A DNA stretch of 64,000 nucleotides, taken from positions 20-64,019 of the forward strand of contig UQGA01000010.1 of the NCBI GenBank assembly GCA_900540495.1, written 5' to 3'. The notes beneath the pieces are model-generated. The model ran no database searches and was not told the DNA's origin. It saw only the letters and a list, made by a program, of their open reading frames with translations. Below are positions 59,496 to 64,000 of this stretch, in pieces. Source of the stretch: an uncultured Eubacteriales bacterium. Lineage in GTDB: Bacteria > Bacillota > Clostridia > Christensenellales > CAG-138. Numbering within the stretch: position 1 is the first letter of the stretch; the number at the start of each line of letters is the position of its first letter. The position numbers and the translations under genes are program-made.

Positions 59496-59771
59496 ATGTT
59501 CGAGGACAAGATTCTGGTTTGCAAGGATTGCGGCGCACAGTTTACCTTCACCGCAGGCGAACAGGAGTTCTATGCGGAGAAGGGTTTTCAAAACGAGCCC
59601 GTCCGTTGCAAGGACTGCCGTTCCAACCGCAAGGCGCAGCGCAACGGTGGCGAGCGCGAAATGTACGATGCCATCTGCGCCGATTGCGGTGCGCCCACGA
59701 AGATTCCGTTCGTGCCGCGCAATGATCGGCCCGTCTATTGCAGCAACTGCTTCCAGAACCACAGGCATTGA
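59496..59771 (+). CDS. small zinc-ribbon protein (two CxxC...CxxC units)
   Basis: ORF 59394..59771 trimmed to ATG 59496 after GAAGGGGAAAAAG. The sequence is MFEDKILVCKDCGAQFTFTAGEQEFYAEKGFQNEPVRCKDCR...ICADCGAPTKIPFVPRNDRPVYCSNCF. Confidence 0.8.
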   Translation: MFEDKILVCKDCGAQFTFTAGEQEFYAEKGFQNEPVRCKDCRSNRKAQRNGGEREMYDAICADCGAPTKIPFVPRNDRPVYCSNCFQNHRH

Positions 59772-59828
59772 CCTGTTGGGGGTGTTCCGTCGGATGACGG
59801 CGGATCAGACAAACTATTATTGGCACAG

Positions 59829-59868
59829 CGGCGGCGCGGAAGCGCCGCCGTTTCCCTTTCCCTCTTTT
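59829..59868 (+). terminator. rho-independent terminator of the zinc-ribbon gene
   Basis: CGGCGGCGC-GGAA-GCGCCGCCG is a 9-bp perfect stem with a GNRA-like loop, followed by TTTCCCTTTCCCTCTTTTC. Confidence 0.65.
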
Positions 59869-59872
59869 CAAC

Positions 59873-60346
59873 TTATGCTATGCCGCAGATCCGGCGCACC
59901 CATTCGCGCACCGTGTCCGGCTCAACCGCAACGCCGGGAACCGCCAACATCTCCCCCACCTGCGCGCCCGGGCAGGCATGCGCTATATCTGCGCCGATAT
60001 GCCCTGCGCCCCCGCCGCCATGCGTACAAAAGGGCGCTACGCGCCTGCCGCGCAGATCCGTCTGCGAAAGGTAAGTGAATACCGGCGGCGCTGCTGTGCC
60101 GCACCAGTTGGGTGTCCCGATAAACACCACGTCAAACCCGTCAATTTGGAGCAGTTCTCCGGAGAGCGCAGGAAAAACCCGCTCGCGCTACTCACGAGTC
60201 GCCCGGGTCACGAGCGCCCGATACGCCGCAGGATACGGGTCTTGCGGCACGAGTTCCAGCAGCACGCCGCCGCTCTCTTGGGCAATCTGCTCCGCAAGGC
60301 GCCGGGTATTGCCGGAATGCGAATAGTAAACAACCAATGCTCTCAT
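59873..60346 (-). pseudogene. flavodoxin-family gene interrupted by one in-frame TAG
   Basis: Track ORFs 60188..60370 and 59873..60130 lie in the same frame. Hand translation gives MRALVVYYSHSGNTRRLAEQIA...ATRE*RERVFPALSGELLQIDGFDVVFIGTPNWCGT...FCTHGGGGAG, with the TAG at 60188-60190. RBS AGGAG precedes ATG 60346. Confidence 0.7.
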
Positions 60347-60406
60347 GTTCTCTGCTCCTTTCGTCGGCATTTTTTCTACGCTGCATCGCCGCTTCGCGCG
60401 TCGGTT

Positions 60407-61033
60407 TCAAAAAAGCTGTCCGGGCATTCGCTCCCGCTTTTTCGGCGGAAACCGAAGGTCAAACGCCTCCGCCTCGGCCTCGTCCACAAAATATCCTTCC
60501 GGGGTGTGGTAAACGCCGGTTATGCCGTCCAGATAACCCGGTCTGAGCTCCCGCACCAGAAAATAGGGCGGCGGCTCCCCCGCAGGCGCGCCGCCATAGC
60601 GAACGCCGGTGTGCGAAGCAGGCAGAAAACCGGAGCCGCCATAGAAGGCAAGATTGCCTTCGATGCAGATCGCGCCCGCCCCCAACTCCCGGGCGCGCTC
60701 CAGCGAAGCGTCCAGCAGCCGCCTGCCGTAACCGCGGCGCTGAACATCCGGATGAATGCTGAGGGGCCCGAACGTCATGACGGGCAGGATGCCGCCTGCA
60801 TCGGTCTGGATCGCGGTATGTACATACATCACGTGCCCGATGAGCCGGCCGTCCACTTCCAGCACCAGATCGAGCTCCGGCACAAAGTCCGGCGCATCGC
60901 GGAACGTATGCAGGATAAAATGTTCAAGGCAACCGGGGCGATAGACATTCCAAAACGCCTCACGCGTAAGCAGCTCCGTCGCCGTGTGGTCGGCCGGGGT
61001 TTCGCACCGGATGACGCACATATCCTGCGGCAT
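60407..61033 (-). CDS. GNAT-family N-acetyltransferase (YhbS-like)
   Basis: ORF trimmed to MPQDMCVIR after GGGAGGGAAG. The acetyl-CoA motif LSIHPDVQRRGYGRRLLDASLERAREL is present. Confidence 0.8.
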   Translation of the reverse strand: MPQDMCVIRCETPADHTATELLTREAFWNVYRPGCLEHFILHTFRDAPDFVPELDLVLEVDGRLIGHVMYVHTAIQTDAGGILPVMTFGPLSIHPDVQRRGYGRRLLDASLERARELGAGAICIEGNLAFYGGSGFLPASHTGVRYGGAPAGEPPPYFLVRELRPGYLDGITGVYHTPEGYFVDEAEAEAFDLRFPPKKRERMPGQLF

Positions 61034-61283
61034 ATGCTTCCCTCCCTGCAGCCTGGTATTGCGACTGCGCACCGGCAGCCGCGCTTTCCCGTATCATATC
61101 ATTTTTGGGGGCAATCGGCAATTCACGCTTTCTTTGCGCCCCGTTTGCGGCCTTGTCCGCATCTGGACAAGATGATATCATATACAAAGATCCGCTGTGC
61201 TTGTCGCGCGGGCAGATGCCGCCCGGATCGGCTGCTGCGGGAATACGCGCACGGCAGGTGCGCGCGAAAAGGAGGGGCTCTCT

Positions 61284-61539
61284 CATGTGGGATTTTCTGT
61301 TAAACGGCGTTACGCTGGCCGTGGCGGCTGTGCTGCTGCTGGCGGCGGTAGCCGCGCTGATCATCGGCCGGAAGCGCAACTCGCCGGCGTTGAAAGCGTT
61401 CCTGATCGTTGTACTGGTCGTTCTGGTCGCATATTTTGTCTTTGTGCTCGTTGCAGCGGTTATGGCCGGCAGCAACCCGCCGCGTGATCCCACGCCGCAG
61501 GGCGGCAGCGCGACACTCCTTGCGGGCGTGACCGTATAG
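61284..61539 (+). CDS. hypothetical small two-TM membrane protein
   Basis: 84 codons starting at ATG 61284 after AAAAGGAGGGG. It has two hydrophobic helices separated by GRKRNSPALK. Confidence 0.5.
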
Positions 61540-61656
61540 CAGAAAAGCGGGCGAACCGGTCGCCCGCAGGAACATACGCGCACCGGCGAGCGCCCGAGCC
61601 GGCGCAAGTTGACGCGCGGATGGCAGGCGCTCGCCGTGTACAAGATGCCGAGAGGG

Positions 61657-62310
61657 TCAGCGCCCCCCGTTCCGCTCCGCGAAATCCTGATCGATGTCCG
61701 CCTTCCAGTTCGCTTTGAGCTTGGCACCGCTGCGCACGGCGGATACCGCCGACGCAACCGCCGCATAGTTGAGCTGTGTGCCGACGGCGTCGGCATGGTA
61801 ATTTGCCGCAAAGTCCGCGCCGATGCCCAGATGCCTCGCCGTCTGCACCGCATCGATGTTAGCGCCCAGGAACAGGAACTCCCAGCCGCAGGACTTCCGC
61901 TTGTTTTCGATCATCTCCTTCACCTGCTTGCAGGTAAAATTGCGGCTGGCGTTTTCCATGCCATCGGTGGTGATGACAAACATGGTGCGCTCCGGCACGT
62001 CCTCCGGCCGAGCATATTTATGGATATTTTCGATATGCCGGATGCTGCCGCCAACGGCGTCCAGCAGCGCCGTGTTGCCGCGCACAAAGTACTCCTCTTT
62101 GGTCATCGGCGGGACGCGGTCCAGCGGCAGGCGGTCGTGCAAAACCTGCGTTTCGTGGTCGAACAGAACCGTGGAGATATAGGCCTCCCCCTCCTGCTGT
62201 TTCTGCTGGTCCAACATCGAATTAAAGCCGCCGATGGTATCGGCCTCCAGCCCGCACATGGAGCCGCTGCGATCCAGAATAAATACGATTTCCGTCAAAC
62301 CCTTTTTCAT
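61657..62310 (-). CDS. von Willebrand factor type A (VWA) domain protein
   Basis: ORF trimmed to MKKGLTEIVFILDRSGSM (the MIDAS motif DxSxS) after GGAGGA. The downstream motif TTDGMEN is also present. Confidence 0.8.
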   Translation of the reverse strand: MKKGLTEIVFILDRSGSMCGLEADTIGGFNSMLDQQKQQEGEAYISTVLFDHETQVLHDRLPLDRVPPMTKEEYFVRGNTALLDAVGGSIRHIENIHKYARPEDVPERTMFVITTDGMENASRNFTCKQVKEMIENKRKSCGWEFLFLGANIDAVQTARHLGIGADFAANYHADAVGTQLNYAAVASAVSAVRSGAKLKANWKADIDQDFAERNGGR

Positions 62311-62492
62311 ACAAACATCCTCCGTTTCTTGTCTTCGGTGCTGCCCGCAGCCGCTCGGGCAACGCCTGTAACGACAGTATAGGAGGATTGGACATGGGAT
62401 TGGTCGCCCGGCAGGCGACATCTGCGCGGGGCTATGCCGGCGCAGGTTGACGCGCGGGCGGCAGGGCGTCCCCCGCGCGCAAAACGCCGCCG

Positions 62493-63497
62493 CTAAGCGC
62501 CGAGCAAGCTCTGATCGAATGCGAAAAGCGCCTCGTTGATCTCGAAGATGTTATAATTGCCGGCGGCGATAAAGTACTCCACGATCATGTCAAACTTGCT
62601 GGCGGGCGAAAAGGCGAACCCCGCCTTTTGCAGCAGTTCGCGCGCCTCCGCAAGCGGCAGCTCCAGCGCGACGGCAAAGGCCAGCGCCGTGGGCTTGGAC
62701 GGCCGGTAGTGGATGTCGGAGCGGATCTTGGAAAAGAGCTTGCGGTCGATATTCGCGCGCTTGTAGCACTGGGCGTCGGTCATGCCGCGCTCGTCGATCT
62801 TGCGCAGCAACATCTGCGAAAAGCTCTCGTCCAGGTGTTCGAGCACCTGATCGAGCGCAGGCAGCGCAGTGGGCGCGCAAGCGGCCGGCATCGCGCCACA
62901 GACGGGCGCCTGTTGGGCGGCGAGGGTTTGCGCCTGTCTGCGGCACTCCGCTGCCGCATCGGCGTGCGCGGCGGCATAGCGGTCGTCGATATAGGCGCTG
63001 ATATCGGTAAAGAGCCTGGCGCCAAGTTCATAGGAGTCCCGGTCGAAGATGACCAGATAGACCGTCATATCGTATTGCAGCAGAAAACCGCCGATGGCGT
63101 CCACCGCCACGCGCAAGGCCTGATCCTTTGGATACCCGTAGATGCCGGATGAGATGAGCGGGAACGCCACCGACTTACATCCGTGGCGGCGCGCCAGCTC
63201 CAGCGAGGAGCGATAGCAGGAGGCAAGCAGTTCCCGCTCGCCTGCATGTCCGCCACGCCACACCGGGCCGACCGTGTGGATGACATACCGGCTGGGCAGC
63301 CGGTATCCCCGTGTGAGCTTCGCCTCTCCCGTCCTGCAGCCGCCCAGCCGGCGGCACGCCTCCAACAGTTGTGGCCCGGCGGCGCGGTGGATACAGCCGT
63401 CCACGCCGCCGCCCCCAAGCAGCGTTTCGTTTGCGGCGTTCACAATGGCGTCCACCTGCATGACCGTAATATCGTTGCGAACAATCTGAAAGGGCAT
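62493..63497 (-). CDS. macro-domain (ADP-ribose-binding/hydrolase) protein fused to a C-terminal HTH-like domain
   Basis: Macro motifs [27 protein letters not shown] and [12 protein letters not shown] are present. The C-terminal region reads [24 protein letters not shown]...[17 protein letters not shown]. Confidence 0.85.
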   Translation of the reverse strand: MPFQIVRNDITVMQVDAIVNAANETLLGGGGVDGCIHRAAGPQLLEACRRLGGCRTGEAKLTRGYRLPSRYVIHTVGPVWRGGHAGERELLASCYRSSLELARRHGCKSVAFPLISSGIYGYPKDQALRVAVDAIGGFLLQYDMTVYLVIFDRDSYELGARLFTDISAYIDDRYAAAHADAAAECRRQAQTLAAQQAPVCGAMPAACAPTALPALDQVLEHLDESFSQMLLRKIDERGMTDAQCYKRANIDRKLFSKIRSDIHYRPSKPTALAFAVALELPLAEARELLQKAGFAFSPASKFDMIVEYFIAAGNYNIFEINEALFAFDQSLLGA

Positions 63498-63599
63498 GCA
63501 GCCACCTCCGCGCTTTGCTACTCTCGATCCCTCGGCCCCATCATACCACAGCGGCGCGCCGGTGGCAACGGCGGCACGCCCGCCGAATTGGCTCCCCGG

Positions 63600-64000
63600 G
63601 TTACGGTTCCCTCTGAAAATACACGGCTCTCAAACCACTTCAGCGCCGAAAGACAGGAGCGTCTGATTTGAGTCCCCTCTGGAAATACACGGCTCTCAAA
63701 CTGTAGACGGACGCCAGGCTACTGAGCACCGGTTTGAGTCCCCTCTGGAAATACACGGCTCTCAAACTAAAATAGGAACTGAGATTGGAGGCTTTGAGTT
63801 TGAGTCCCCTCTGGAAATACACGGCTCTCAAACACCTCGCTCGTGGCGATATTGATAGCCACGGTTTGAGTCCCCTCTGGAAATACACGGCTCTCAAACG
63901 GTAATTGACGTTAAATACCCAAGGGCGAAGTTTGAGTCCCCTCTGGAAATACACGGCTCTCAAACTGTCGTGGTGAACGATCCGGTCGCGGTGAAGTTTG
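63600..64000. CRISPR. CRISPR array (at least 6 full repeats plus 5 nt of a seventh; continues past the window end)
   Basis: The 36-nt repeat GTTTGAGTCCCCTCTGGAAATACACGGCTCTCAAAC occurs at 63666, 63732, 63798, 63864 and 63930, and partially at 63996. A degenerate copy with 5 mismatches lies at 63600-63635. All six spacers are exactly 30 nt and unrelated to one another. Confidence 0.92.

Noticed and set aside
60188-60190. The in-frame TAG in the flavodoxin gene as programmed recoding (pyrrolysine or reassigned stop).
   Set aside because: TAG is used as an ordinary stop in this window (for example the methyltransferase gene ends with TAG at 34367-34369). No pyl genes or recoding signals are visible. 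A nonsense mutation or sequencing error is more likely.
63600-63665. The degenerate first repeat plus the following 30 nt as a tracrRNA anti-repeat with a nexus or terminator.
   Set aside because: The spacing to the next repeat is exactly 30 nt like every other spacer. The downstream sequence forms only a weak bulged stem and has no U-tract. A decayed trailer repeat is the simpler explanation.

Overview
This window is a high-GC Firmicutes (Clostridia-like, endospore-former type) chromosomal segment. It is almost fully coding and dominated by housekeeping genes. One stretch keeps the gene order known from Bacillus subtilis: spoIIIAA-AH, asp23/amaP, nusB, xseA-xseB-ispA-dxs-tlyA, then nadK-argR-recN-spoIVB-spo0A, all on the minus strand. 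Next come a spoIIM-like gene, deoB-punA, a dacB-like gene, an M50 protease, scpA-scpB, and finally rpsT and xpt-guaA. The right half carries repair genes (xth, maf, uvrC, mutY), glycolysis genes (gap, fba, pfp-type PFK), transporters, NUDIX/GNAT enzymes and a GH13 glucosidase. A CRISPR array runs off the 3' edge; it has 36-nt repeats and 30-nt spacers, and no cas genes appear in the window.

I did not find a clear-cut new multi-gene system. The main points worth a second look are:
- The Spo0A orthologue has Glu at the phospho-acceptor position and lacks the acidic pocket. SpoIIIAF is cut down to 59 aa, and the DacB-like protein has all three catalytic motifs mutated.
- A compositionally foreign island of about 3.2 kb sits between tlyA and nadK, with a cluster of long hairpins at one edge.
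- A roughly 226-nt structured RNA of unknown class lies behind a strong promoter upstream of a zinc-ribbon gene.
- An unclassified attenuator leader precedes an ECF S-component gene.
- An orphan beta-class DNA methyltransferase lies divergent from the spoIIIA operon.
- A flavodoxin gene is interrupted by one in-frame TAG.

Many long ORFs in the track are antisense shadow ORFs typical of high-GC DNA and were discarded. All calls rest on reading the sequence and remembered family motifs; no searches were run.
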